58,689 nucleotides of DNA. Origin: a virus (Duplodnaviria; Caudoviricetes). Numbering within the stretch: position 1 is the first letter of the stretch; each line of letters starts with the position of its first letter. Below, piece after piece: positions 17,483 through 26,803 of this stretch. A program made the position numbers and the translations under genes. The stretch lies in the IMG/VR virus record IMGVR_UViG_3300002855_000236, positions 1-58,689 of that record. One strand, given 5' to 3'. The notes beneath the pieces were generated by a model. It made no database searches. It saw only the letters and a list, made by a program, of their open reading frames with translations, and had not been told where the DNA came from.

Positions 17483-18435
17483 TTAAGTCCCGGGAGGTCA
17501 TCCCCGCCTTCGGCAGCCCGGGCCACTCCCTCCATGTCCTCGAGATCTAGAGCGATCATTCCGAGAAGCTTGTCGATGTTCAGATCGGTCAACGGCTTCC
17601 CTTCGAGTTTCCGATCGATATATTTGTCGCGCTCTTCCTTTGTCGCGTATCCGAGCTTCTTCAGATTGGTAACGACTTGCTTCTTCTTCTCGGTAAGCGG
17701 ATCGGGCTGGTCCTCGTTCAAGGGCTTAATGCCCTCTTCGGCCTGCGCTGTACGCTGACGGGAAGCTTCCTTCTTTTCAGGCGTCTTCTGCGCCGGTTGT
17801 TGATTCAACGGGGCGGCCTCATTGGTAATGTCCTTGCGTTCGTAAGAGTCGATGCTCGCCGCTCCGGTTCCGCCATCCGCTTCATCTTCGCTAATTTCGA
17901 TTCCGAATTGCCCCTTGGCTGCGCGCTTCGTCGTCGTCTTCTTGAAGAAGTCGTTGTAATACTTCTTCCAGTTGGCCGAATTGGTCCCAGAAAGGTGATG
18001 CTCAACCTCTGCCGCTTCGATGAAGACCGTATACGGCCGGAAGCCTTTGCGGTAAGCGATCGAGTAGCAACCGAGCACCTTTCCACGAGGGAACTTGATC
18101 TTGTGCTCCCCAATGATCCAACGGCCCTCCTTATCGATGTAGGCTTCGAATTCGTCGTTTTCGTGAACCAATTGGGTGTCGATTCCCTCGTAGCCATCCA
18201 CCTTCTTGGCGAGGAAGAGAATACCCTCGACGGATACCTGGATGCTCATCTTGTTGCCGTAGACGATGCAGTAAATGTGATTCAGGAAGGGGTTCAATCC
18301 AGCCGCGGCGGCCGTGCGAACGAAGAGTCCGAATTGTGCTGCATTCGTCCCGACAGCGAGCGTCTGTTGCATGACCTCGAGTTCTGCCGGGGAGAAGTTT
18401 CCGACTTCTTGAAGTTGGTTGTTCGGGTTTGCCAT
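17479..18435 (-). CDS. RecT/Red-beta-like single-strand annealing protein
   Basis: GLNPF..HIY, VHENDEF, W......KTTTKRA. Confidence 0.82.
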   Translation of the reverse strand: MANPNNQLQEVGNFSPAELEVMQQTLAVGTNAAQFGLFVRTAAAAGLNPFLNHIYCIVYGNKMSIQVSVEGILFLAKKVDGYEGIDTQLVHENDEFEAYIDKEGRWIIGEHKIKFPRGKVLGCYSIAYRKGFRPYTVFIEAAEVEHHLSGTNSANWKKYYNDFFKKTTTKRAAKGQFGIEISEDEADGGTGAASIDSYERKDITNEAAPLNQQPAQKTPEKKEASRQRTAQAEEGIKPLNEDQPDPLTEKKKQVVTNLKKLGYATKEERDKYIDRKLEGKPLTDLNIDKLLGMIALDLEDMEGVARAAEGGDDLPGLK

Positions 18436-18438
18436 TGA

Positions 18439-18624
18439 TTAGTTGCCTCCAATCGGTTCGAGATGCTTGGCGAAGTATTCGCCGTTCTTGCGGATATGGT
18501 GATCGAACGCCGCGCCGGGCATGGAGATGATGATCTCGTTGTTGTCTTCGTGATACGGTGTAACCGTTTGGCCTTCGAAGAGCAGGTTGCCCGGGTCGGA
18601 TACCTTAACGCGATAATTTGCCAA
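18439..18624 (-). CDS. Hypothetical protein
   Basis: GGAGGG RBS; in operon. Confidence 0.6.
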   Translation of the reverse strand: MANYRVKVSDPGNLLFEGQTVTPYHEDNNEIIISMPGAAFDHHIRKNGEYFAKHLEPIGGN

Positions 18625-18626
18625 GG

Positions 18627-18932
18627 TCAGCCCTCCCCGTAAAAGATCGGCCGTACTTGCTGGCTTGCCATCGCGATCTGCTTCCGTTCCCTCCGGGACG
18701 GGAACTTGCCGTCGTAGAAGTTGGCGATCGAGGTCGCGACCGACGACAAGCCGAGCTGGCCGGGAACGTAACGGCGGCGCCGTTGGGAGCGAATAACCTG
18801 GCGAGCGAAGCGGCCGCCCTTGATCGGTTGCTTCTGCTTTTGCTTGCGGGAACGCCGCGTCTGGCGCTGAACGGGATTGCGGGCGGCATTACGAAGCCCG
18901 AGGAATGCAGAGATGCGAGCCAAGATGGACAT
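18627..18932 (-). CDS. Arg/Lys-rich hypothetical protein
   Basis: AGGAGG RBS. Confidence 0.6.
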   Translation of the reverse strand: MSILARISAFLGLRNAARNPVQRQTRRSRKQKQKQPIKGGRFARQVIRSQRRRRYVPGQLGLSSVATSIANFYDGKFPSRRERKQIAMASQQVRPIFYGEG

Positions 18933-18944
18933 TGATTAAACCTC

Positions 18945-19091
18945 CTAATTGAATTGAATTTGGGTGATAATGCCGGACAGAAAGAAAGTTCGATTGAGAT
19001 GGGCGATCAACTCTTCGTGCGTCATCGGATCGGCGTTCTCGTGTCCGTTCCGGAACCGCCAGTACATCTTTTTGCTCATGGAGTAGGTCAT
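18945..19091 (-). CDS. Small hypothetical protein, 48 aa (MTYSMSKKMYW...); not in ORF track
   Basis: ATGA overlap with upstream stop; GGAGG RBS. Confidence 0.6.
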   Translation of the reverse strand: MTYSMSKKMYWRFRNGHENADPMTHEELIAHLNRTFFLSGIITQIQFN

Positions 19092-20662
19092 TCGCTCGTA
19101 ACCTCCGATTCAATTGTGAAAGCTTGTCCGGGCACCGCTCGGCATACGATTGCTTGTCCCATCACCTTAACCGCGCCGGTGAAGCTCTCAGCGTTGTCGA
19201 GGAAAATCGGGGCTACGACGTTGTATTCCTTGGACAGGACTTCGATGAGTTCCATGCCGGCCGCGTACTGCTCGCCGCGGGATAGCTTCCGGTAAGGCTT
19301 GCGCTTGCTGTGGATCTCAAAGAATGGCTTCCGCTCTCCGTCTCCCTTGTTCTCCGTGAATAGCTGGAGGGTCAGAGTTTTGAATAAGCTCTGGACCTTC
19401 TCGGCCATAATCTCAGCTTCCTCGGCGAGGTAGGATTTGACCGCGTCGAGAATGAACACCGAATCTTTGAAGCTGGCTTCGATCCCCTTCTCCCTGGACC
19501 GCGCCTCTTCGACCGCTTGAACGAGTCGATCCTTGCCCTCGGAGGACTTGATCTGGTCGACGATCTGCTGGCGGGTATCCTGCAGGAGCCGGAGCTCGTC
19601 CGAGTCGTGATCAGGTAGAGGGATTTCAGAGAGCTGTGCGGTCAATTCTTCATGCCGCTTCACAGCCTCCTTGTACTGCGATGCAAGGTCGACACGCTCT
19701 TGAGTAACTCTGGCGATCTCCGCTTGATGGGCTTCGTTGGCTTTGGATAGCGCCTCTGCCTTCAACGGCTGACCGCACTGGGCGCACTCGCCCTCCGGCG
19801 GGTTCTCAATCAACGTTTGGATGCGTCCGCCGAGCGTCTTGTGATTCTCAGCCAGCGCGTTCGCCCGCAGTTTGACCGCGTCGCGTTCGGCGACCAATCG
19901 GCGCTCCAATTCTGCGTTTTTGAGGTCAACGGTTTGCTTGTCCGTCTGCGCCATGATCTTCTCGTCGATCGCAGCAAACTGCTTATTCAGATCGATCAAC
20001 TCTTCGGCCGTCAGCGGCTTCGCAAGATCCAATTGCTCTTGCAGGGTCCGCGTCCGCTCCTTAGCGGCGATCAACTCCTTGTCCTTCCGGGTCCGGTTGT
20101 CCCGGTGTTTGGCGTCCAAATCTTCGATCGATTGCTTCTTCAGCAGCTCGCCGAGCTTATTCGCAGCCAGGTTTGAAAGGTGTTCGAGAACCTCCTTCGC
20201 GGTCGGATTTTGCACGTTTTTGAGCAATAAACCGCGTTGTTCTTCCCATTTTTGCGAAAAAAAATAGCCCGGCGAAAACAGGGACAAAAATAGGTTTTTG
20301 TCGAACAGCGAATCGACGAACTCTTTATATGGCGTGGCCTTTGCCGGAACCTCGTTGATGAAATACTTCGTTTCCTTTCCCTCGATCCAGCGCTCGAGTA
20401 AAATGTCTTTCCTGTCGACCGAGAGCAGCAGGCCAACCTCGACTCGGTCGTATTCGTAATTCCGCGGCTCGGGCGACAGGTCCTTAATCAGGTTGTTGCC
20501 CAGCGGATCGGCGCCGTACAAGCACCAGGATACCGCCTCGCCGATCGTCGACTTCCCTTCGCCGTTCTGCCCGGTAATCCGGGTAACAGGGCCGAGTCGG
20601 ACCTTCAGGTCTCGATGGTTCTTGAAATTGTGGAGCCGGAGCTCCTTGAATTGGATGATCAT
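19088..20662 (-). CDS. SMC/Rad50-like ATPase
   Basis: GQNGEGKST, coiled coil with CAQC hook, LSRGE, FLDNAES. Confidence 0.9.
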   Translation of the reverse strand: MIIQFKELRLHNFKNHRDLKVRLGPVTRITGQNGEGKSTIGEAVSWCLYGADPLGNNLIKDLSPEPRNYEYDRVEVGLLLSVDRKDILLERWIEGKETKYFINEVPAKATPYKEFVDSLFDKNLFLSLFSPGYFFSQKWEEQRGLLLKNVQNPTAKEVLEHLSNLAANKLGELLKKQSIEDLDAKHRDNRTRKDKELIAAKERTRTLQEQLDLAKPLTAEELIDLNKQFAAIDEKIMAQTDKQTVDLKNAELERRLVAERDAVKLRANALAENHKTLGGRIQTLIENPPEGECAQCGQPLKAEALSKANEAHQAEIARVTQERVDLASQYKEAVKRHEELTAQLSEIPLPDHDSDELRLLQDTRQQIVDQIKSSEGKDRLVQAVEEARSREKGIEASFKDSVFILDAVKSYLAEEAEIMAEKVQSLFKTLTLQLFTENKGDGERKPFFEIHSKRKPYRKLSRGEQYAAGMELIEVLSKEYNVVAPIFLDNAESFTGAVKVMGQAIVCRAVPGQAFTIESEVTSE

Positions 20663-20681
20663 TGCACCCTCCTGTTAGGGA

Positions 20682-20798
20682 TTAATCTTGGCAATCCTCG
20701 CAGTACCTCGGAAACCCCTCGGGTTCACCTTCCTCGATATAAGCGCCGCAGCAATTGCAGAGCGTTCCGTCGAGCATCATTTCTGCTATATCTCCCAT
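20682..20798 (-). CDS. Small Zn-ribbon protein, 38 aa (MGDIAEMMLDGTLCNCCG...CEDC); not in ORF track
   Basis: GAGGAG RBS; two CxxC. Confidence 0.7.
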   Translation of the reverse strand: MGDIAEMMLDGTLCNCCGAYIEEGEPEGFPRYCEDCQD

Positions 20799-21017
20799 GA
20801 ACTCCTCACTCCTAATCGATCGAAATGTCGTCGTCGAGCGAAGTCCAATAGGTCTCGCCCATGCTGTCGGTGACTCGAACGTCTACCCCATGCTCGTCTT
20901 CCTTCGCATCGATAATCGTAATCTTCCGAGTAACAGTTCCCGTCTGGCCGACCAGATCTGGTCTCGGCTTCGATGCTCTGCCATGCCTCTCACCTCGCTT
21001 TCGCTGGAATCGTATGC

Positions 21018-21155
21018 TTAAATCAGCGTCCGGAGGACCGGATGGGCGTTCTCGATTACTGCCATTTGGTGGGCGATGATCATGCGGGCGTCGCCGTCGG
21101 TCTCGTTGAGCCATTGCTCGTAAAGCGAAATGTAGAGTTCAGCGTCAAAGGCCAT
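21018..21155 (-). CDS. Small hypothetical protein, 45 aa (MAFDAELYISLYEQW...); not in ORF track
   Basis: Overlaps upstream stop; AAAGGA RBS. Confidence 0.55.
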   Translation of the reverse strand: MAFDAELYISLYEQWLNETDGDARMIIAHQMAVIENAHPVLRTLI

Positions 21156-21456
21156 CGATGCTCATTCCTTTCTCCGCGAGCTTCTTGTCCCGCCATACCG
21201 CGAACGGGATATCCCGGATCCACGGCTGATTCAGCGTGACGTAATCGCTGTGATAAAAGGTCGCCAAGCGGTCGATCATGTGCGCCACGCTGCCTGCATC
21301 GGATTCCGCGAGCACCGCGTCGGTCATCCGACGGATAGTCTCTTGTGCCTTTGCATCGGCCACCATGCGGGCGGCTTCTCGGCCCTTGATGACTCCGGTT
21401 GCGTAGACCGGGCCGGACTTGAGGCCGGCTTCTGCGAGCATTTCAGCGAATTGCAT
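21145..21456 (-). CDS. Hypothetical protein (start ATG 21456)
   Basis: TAATG coupling; AGGTG RBS. Confidence 0.65.
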   Translation of the reverse strand: MQFAEMLAEAGLKSGPVYATGVIKGREAARMVADAKAQETIRRMTDAVLAESDAGSVAHMIDRLATFYHSDYVTLNQPWIRDIPFAVWRDKKLAEKGMSIDGL

Positions 21457-21842
21457 TAGGTTGCACCTACCTTTGCGTAATTCTCCAGAAGATAATCCGG
21501 CATATTCCAAGCATCAATCCAGTGCAGCCCTTCCTCGAAACGAAATTCAGGCGTATCACGATAAGATCGAGCTAAGCCAAACTTCATCTTGTACTCTTTC
21601 CACAGCCTGTTCACCGCTTTGCGCCGATTCACGGATAAACCGGAATCTCTCGCCAACTCCGCCCATTTCCCAATGTGCGATTTGCCTTTCGCCTGAAGCC
21701 TGTTCTGATCTTGCTGGGTACAGATGACGCGAAATTGAAGGCGTTTGTTTTCGTTTTGCGATTGAAGCAGCTCTATTTCCGCCTTCTTAACACGATCGCG
21801 CAGAGATTCAATCTCCGCCGATGTCAATAACTGTGCCTGCAT
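21456..21842 (-). CDS. ORF6C-domain (antirepressor-type) protein
   Basis: [22 protein letters not shown]. Confidence 0.7.
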   Translation of the reverse strand: MQAQLLTSAEIESLRDRVKKAEIELLQSQNENKRLQFRVICTQQDQNRLQAKGKSHIGKWAELARDSGLSVNRRKAVNRLWKEYKMKFGLARSYRDTPEFRFEEGLHWIDAWNMPDYLLENYAKVGAT

Positions 21843-22710
21843 TTCGCTTCCCCTCCTCGAAGATTGGAATTTGCAAGAACGCCATCCATTCTTTGCGGTT
21901 CTTCGCTATGGTGTCATCGAGCGACTGCCAGAACCTCTCTGCCACTTCTTGGGCTTCGCGCTGATCGCGGATCGACATGAAGTGCATAAACGCCGCTGAC
22001 AAATCAACGTCTACGTAGGCTCGAGTTTTATTCAGCGCTTCCTTCATCTTGCGAAGATCGTATTGCTTCTTCTCCAGCGCGGAATTTCGCTCAAGTAGCT
22101 CGTCCTGCAGTTTGCGGAGTGACTGCCCCAATTCGACGTTCTCTTTGCTCAACTGCTGCAATCGGGCTTCATCTTCGGGATAGCGGCCTTTATTTCGCTT
22201 CAGCTCATTGATCTGCGAAAGAAGCTTGTCCTGCTGTTCCGAATGCTGATTTACCGCCAATTGGCGGGCTGCTTCGGATTGCTCTGCGCGGAGTTCGGCA
22301 TCCTTCAATGCCTGCTTTACTTCTCGGAGTTCTTTTACCGTCATGTTCGCCGGCTTCTTCGACTTTCCCGTGGAAGGGATCTCGTGCTCCTGCTCGAGAA
22401 ATTCGGAGCGATCGACGGATTCAGGAAGGGAAAGCATCTCGAACAACTTACCAACCGGCAATTCGCTCGACGTCGCGCGATTCCCAAACTGCTCAAATGT
22501 CTGAATCAACTTACGAGCTGTTTGCGGAACAATATCCACTGTCTGAAGCCACGGTTCCCATTGCCCATGTGAAAGATCGTTTTCCTTCACGTGTTTCAAA
22601 CGCCTACCAATTTCAAACAGCGACTGACCTGCGACTTGCTTGAAGCTGTTGATCTCGGCCGTGATGACTGTAAGATCAGTCGATAATGTCAGTTGGCTCA
22701 TGCTCAACAT
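21808..22710 (-). CDS. DUF3102-like DNA-binding coiled-coil protein
   Basis: [18 protein letters not shown]; MTVKELRE. Confidence 0.75.
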   Translation of the reverse strand: MLSMSQLTLSTDLTVITAEINSFKQVAGQSLFEIGRRLKHVKENDLSHGQWEPWLQTVDIVPQTARKLIQTFEQFGNRATSSELPVGKLFEMLSLPESVDRSEFLEQEHEIPSTGKSKKPANMTVKELREVKQALKDAELRAEQSEAARQLAVNQHSEQQDKLLSQINELKRNKGRYPEDEARLQQLSKENVELGQSLRKLQDELLERNSALEKKQYDLRKMKEALNKTRAYVDVDLSAAFMHFMSIRDQREAQEVAERFWQSLDDTIAKNRKEWMAFLQIPIFEEGKRNAGTVIDIGGD

Positions 22711-22715
22711 CCTTC

Positions 22716-22946
22716 TTAATCAAGATATCCAGCAGCCCGCAACATTTGTTCGTGCGGAATCTCGAGTGAATCCGCCAATTGTTTCAATGTCTCTGGACGC
22801 GGAGTCTTTCTCTTCCCGTTTTCAATCCTTGATATCTGGGCAGTGCTAATTCCTGATTTCTCCGAAAGTTGAACTAAGTTCATATCCCTTTTAACTCTCA
22901 GATCTTTGATGAAAGAACCCAAATCCACTTTCGTCAACTCAACCAT
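22716..22946 (-). CDS. Cro-like XRE HTH regulator
   Basis: XRE HTH; first gene of early operon, divergent from repressor. Confidence 0.85.
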   Translation of the reverse strand: MVELTKVDLGSFIKDLRVKRDMNLVQLSEKSGISTAQISRIENGKRKTPRPETLKQLADSLEIPHEQMLRAAGYLD

Positions 22947-22964
22947 TCAGCAACCTCCCCTCTT

Positions 22965-23113
22965 TTTCCCTCAGGGTAATTTACCTCGTGGGAAAAATAT
23001 AGCACAGTATTTCCCCTCTGGTAAATTCTATTAAATCGTCGTATTTGCCGATATTTCGTCGAATTTCCCCTCTGGCAAACTGTTTACTCTCTTTTTCTTT
23101 ACCACACGGTAAA
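22965..23113. promoter_or_regulatory. Lysis/lysogeny switch: five 16-bp operators TTT(A/C)CC-N4-GG(T/G/C)AA(A/T) overlapping divergent promoters
   Basis: Sites at 22965, 22980, 23010, 23064 and 23098 (last has perfectly palindromic arms, TTTACCacacGGTAAA). Confidence 0.85.
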
Positions 23114-23164
23114 TTTAGTGTATATTATTGAATTGAACTGAAGTGGTAAAAAATAATTTACGAG

Positions 23165-23683
23165 GTGTTTGAATTGACGGATAGTTTCGGATCGTTTCTT
23201 AAGGGGCTTCGCGATAACAAAGGGCTTACCTTAAAACAAGCATCAGATACTTCGGGCGTTAGTATCGCTCAGTTGTCTCGATTAGAGAATGGCCTGAGAG
23301 ATAAACCTCAACCAGATACATTAAAAAAATTAGCTTTCACATATGGCACTTCATTTCAGGAACTTATGGTTAAAGCAGGTCATGTAACAAGGGAAGACTG
23401 GCTTAATATGGGCATTCCAGATTTAGAGGATAAAGATTCGGAGGTTTGGGAATATGATAGAATTTTCTTAAGGGAGAATAAAGCTGATTACGACAAAAAA
23501 ATCCCCGCCACATTAGAGAATGAGCCGGAGATTAATCCATTTATGATATTTGATTTGGTTGATAAGTATTCGGACGATGAGATTATTGAGAAATTTCATC
23601 ACCAGGATGAAGATGGTGCACTGGATGAGAATAAAATTAGGATGCATCTTCAACATGTTCGGTTTCTAAAATCTCAGAAGTAA
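23165..23683 (+). CDS. CI-like repressor (XRE HTH; no S24 autocleavage domain evident)
   Basis: N-terminal HTH with IAQLSRLENG, similar to Cro [10 protein letters not shown]. Confidence 0.85.
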   Translation: MFELTDSFGSFLKGLRDNKGLTLKQASDTSGVSIAQLSRLENGLRDKPQPDTLKKLAFTYGTSFQELMVKAGHVTREDWLNMGIPDLEDKDSEVWEYDRIFLRENKADYDKKIPATLENEPEINPFMIFDLVDKYSDDEIIEKFHHQDEDGALDENKIRMHLQHVRFLKSQK

Positions 23684-23916
23684 CCTTAATTTCCCCTGCT
23701 TTTATTTGTTCGTAAACAAGCAGGTCGAATCCGTTAGCTTCGTAAACCTTGTCCCATCTTATTATCATCCTATTTATAGCGTTCAACTCCCTGATATGTT
23801 TTTGTAGAAAAGCTTACCGCTTTCAGGTGTTCTGATTATATCATGAAACACGAACAATATACGAACACTTTTGCATAAAATTTTCCGACAACAATCGACA
23901 AAGAAAGGAGTACATT

Positions 23917-24144
23917 ATGGCGTTCCTGCTCGGGGAATGCCTGCTGCTTGATCGGTTAACAGATAAGAAAATGAAACCCGCAGAATTTGCACGGCGTATG
24001 GAGTGTTCGCGTTCTTACGTATCTGGTCTGATTGCCGGAACGGAAAAAATGTCGCTTGAATTCGCCATTAACGCTTCGCAAGTTCTGGAGTGCAGAGTGA
24101 CCGATCTATATGTTCTCATACCTTCACGCAGCAGGAAAGGGTAG
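23917..24144 (+). CDS. Small XRE HTH protein
   Basis: AAGGAG RBS; HTH; LECRVTDLY. Confidence 0.75.
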   Translation: MAFLLGECLLLDRLTDKKMKPAEFARRMECSRSYVSGLIAGTEKMSLEFAINASQVLECRVTDLYVLIPSRSRKG

Positions 24145-24236
24145 ATTCATTGCCCTCCCTCGAGCTAATTGTTCAGCTATGACTTATCAAATTCGTTCTC
24201 ATTTTTATCGTAATGTATTACCTTTCTAAAGTGATG

Positions 24237-24272
24237 AAAAAGGCAACCGCGAATGCTCCACGGTTGCCTTTT
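24237..24272. terminator. Bidirectional terminator
   Basis: AAAAGGCAACCG...CGGTTGCCTTTT. Confidence 0.75.
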
Positions 24273-24282
24273 GGCTTTATTT

Positions 24283-25335
24283 TTATTTATTCAGACTGTT
24301 AGAAGCTTTAATTTGCTTATCAAATTCATACATAACCATATTAAAATCATTTTTCCATTTCTCCATTGCACGAGATAGTATTTTTTTCTCATTGTCGGAC
24401 TCCAGATTAAGGCTTGCAATTTCATTATAGGCCTTCATTTGCTTGTTATATTCATAACGTACCATATTAAAATCGTTCCCCCACTCCGAGAACGCATTAG
24501 TAAGTATCGTTTCTACATCGTCATTTTGTACTGTTATTGTTATCATTTGTTCAAATGCCTCAGTTTGTTTATTTACTTCGTACTTTTGCATTCTGTAATC
24601 GTCTTCCCACTTCTCTTTTGCATTTTCTTTAATTTTATTCTTTACTTCTTGAACATCTAACTCCGAAATTACATTCCTTAGATTTTTTACCTCATCCTTG
24701 TTATCAATCAGAGAATTCGATTCTATTGACTCCTCTAGATTCTTTGGTACAAATTCGTACATTTCACAAAGACTATCGTATATTTGTTTGGCTCTTTTTC
24801 TGTCGTCCAGATTAATGTACCTTGCTAATTGCCCGAAATCTTCTTTGCTTTTTTTCTTTATTCCCACCAAATTTTCAGTAATCTTGTTCGATATAGAAGT
24901 TCGGGTCAGACTGGTTGTCATATCATCAAGATAAAGCTGCGCAGAACTTAAAGACTCATGCCCATACTGCTTATCAATTCTCAAGTTGTTTTTTTCAATG
25001 TCCGACAATTCCCGTTTAGCAACAGTCTCTCCACCCAATTCTATATACAATGACGATACAGCATCAAAGTTTTCCTTTTCCATAAATCCAAGTATTTCAT
25101 TAAATTTATCCGCATCTTCAGACTTGTAGTTCTTTAATATTATGCGCATGCTCTCAGCAGATCTCTTTCCATTATCTTCAAATGGGTTGTACTGCAGTAA
25201 GTAGTGTTTTGTCTCAAGCATCATCACTTTTCTGTCAGAATCAAAGTAAGTATTTTTACTCTCTTGGCTCCCACCAGAACATCCAGTGATCAAAATCGCC
25301 AGCATCACAATTAATATCAAGCGTAAATACTTCAA
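24283..25335 (-). CDS. Lipoprotein with three C-terminal W..D(Y/F).M..YE..KQ repeats
   Basis: Signal peptide with LITGC lipobox; AT-rich cassette. Confidence 0.8.
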   Translation of the reverse strand: MKYLRLILIVMLAILITGCSGGSQESKNTYFDSDRKVMMLETKHYLLQYNPFEDNGKRSAESMRIILKNYKSEDADKFNEILGFMEKENFDAVSSLYIELGGETVAKRELSDIEKNNLRIDKQYGHESLSSAQLYLDDMTTSLTRTSISNKITENLVGIKKKSKEDFGQLARYINLDDRKRAKQIYDSLCEMYEFVPKNLEESIESNSLIDNKDEVKNLRNVISELDVQEVKNKIKENAKEKWEDDYRMQKYEVNKQTEAFEQMITITVQNDDVETILTNAFSEWGNDFNMVRYEYNKQMKAYNEIASLNLESDNEKKILSRAMEKWKNDFNMVMYEFDKQIKASNSLNK

Positions 25336-25410
25336 AAAATCAGCCCCTCTTTTATTTTCCAGTATTTACTTTTACATTTTGTGTCGAAATTCCTCCCTAA
25401 AATGAAAAAA

Positions 25411-25439
25411 AGCCCGAGAGCCGAAGCCCCCGGACTGAT
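25411..25439 (-). terminator. UUCG-loop terminator, copy 1 of a 29-bp direct repeat
   Basis: 27/29 identical to 26767-26795; T tract on minus strand. Confidence 0.8.
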
Positions 25440-25633
25440 TGAATTAGAATGGTTGGCCATTGTTCACAATAGGATCTTACGGAAATCAAAAGCCTAATAG
25501 CATATGCCACGCGTACTTACCATGCAAAAAGAATTTATCGTTTATGTACTCTTTAAATTTCTATGATTCGACAATTTATGTAAATCTATAGTAGAATGTT
25601 GACGTGTCGGTAAATCTCTGCGAGGTGTGTTCA

Positions 25634-26512
25634 ATGTCAATTAATTCATTACAATCAACTATCAATCGCTTGCAAGGCGAAATCGCTGATCTATACAAGA
25701 AAATAAGCAATGAAAAGAAAAAAGAAGCTGATGCAACGACCAAAATCATAAGGGCGCAGCAATCAATTGCAAAATCAAGCTCACAAGCCACAATTAGAAG
25801 TAAGCTCTCTGAAATAGATCGCAACAACAACGACGTGGCGCGATCGAGCAAAAATCAAGCGGACTTACAGAGAAAAGTGGCTGATAAAAGCAAGGATTTG
25901 ATTCGATACCAGCAGCAACTATCAAAAGCAATTGAAACTGAAAATAAAAAGCAGCTAGAAGCACAGAGGAATATGGAACAAAGACTACTCGCTTCCCAAC
26001 AAGATTTGGCCAAGGAACTTGAGGATCAAAAGGGGCTGATTCGCGAAGGCGGATTGGTCTCTTCAAGACTGGCATCCACTGCATCTGCAGAGGATTATGC
26101 AGAACCAGAATATGATGTTTTTATTTCGCATGCCAGTGAAGATAAAGACGACTTCGTTCGTCCTCTCGCTGAAGAACTTGTAGGGATTGGCGTTAAAGTT
26201 TGGTACGACGAACATTCAATGCGATGGGGCGATAGCTTAAGACAATCGATCGACAAGGGTTTGGCAAATTCCAGGTTTGGGATCATTGTAATATCAACTC
26301 ACTTCGTTAACAAACCTTGGCCAGCTTATGAATTGGACGGTTTGATTGCAAGAGAAATTGAAGGGGGAAAGGTTGTACTACCCATTTGGCATAAAGTTTC
26401 TAAGAGCGAAGTTATGAAGTTTAGTCCGACGATGGCTAATAAGATTGCTTTGAACTCTTCGATTGATGAGATAAGTGATATTGCCAAGCAATTAAAGGAA
26501 ATGCTACAGTAG
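25634..26512 (+). CDS. Coiled-coil plus TIR-domain protein (TirS/TcpC-like, probable NADase)
   Basis: YDVFISHASEDK, VWYDE, WPAYELDGL (catalytic Glu position), VLPIWH; GAGGTG RBS at ATG 25634. Confidence 0.9.
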   Translation: MSINSLQSTINRLQGEIADLYKKISNEKKKEADATTKIIRAQQSIAKSSSQATIRSKLSEIDRNNNDVARSSKNQADLQRKVADKSKDLIRYQQQLSKAIETENKKQLEAQRNMEQRLLASQQDLAKELEDQKGLIREGGLVSSRLASTASAEDYAEPEYDVFISHASEDKDDFVRPLAEELVGIGVKVWYDEHSMRWGDSLRQSIDKGLANSRFGIIVISTHFVNKPWPAYELDGLIAREIEGGKVVLPIWHKVSKSEVMKFSPTMANKIALNSSIDEISDIAKQLKEMLQ

Positions 26513-26725
26513 CTTCTTCTTGTGGAGTAAATCTAGGATTATATAGTAATCCAACCCATTTCCGAACGAGGATTGAACAATTCCACTAGACTCTGCCTCC
26601 GAAACAGCATCTTTGGCCCATTGCGGTACTTTGTTCATAGCGACTAATGAAATAAGTGACTTTAACTGATACTTCAATTCGATCATTTCTGTTTCTAACT
26701 TTTTAATTCGTTCATTTGCATCCAT
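26504..26725 (-). CDS. Small protein resembling an endolysin C-terminal domain
   Basis: GAGGTG RBS; coiled coil then VPQWAKDAV..A...GIV...DYY..LDLLHKK. Confidence 0.55.
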   Translation of the reverse strand: MDANERIKKLETEMIELKYQLKSLISLVAMNKVPQWAKDAVSEAESSGIVQSSFGNGLDYYIILDLLHKKKLL

Positions 26726-26766
26726 ACTTATCACCTCATCTATTAATGGCAATCGTACGACAAAAT

Positions 26767-26795
26767 AGCCCGAGAGCCGAAGCTCCCGGGCTGAT
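26767..26795 (-). terminator. Lysis-operon terminator, copy 2 of the repeat
   Basis: AGCCCGGGAGC-TTCG-GCTCTCGGGCT followed by ATTTT. Confidence 0.8.
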
Positions 26796-26803
26796 CGTCA
26801 TGC

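Noticed and set aside
25634-26512. Thoeris system
   Set aside because: No ThsA-like effector nearby; the architecture is coiled-coil TIR
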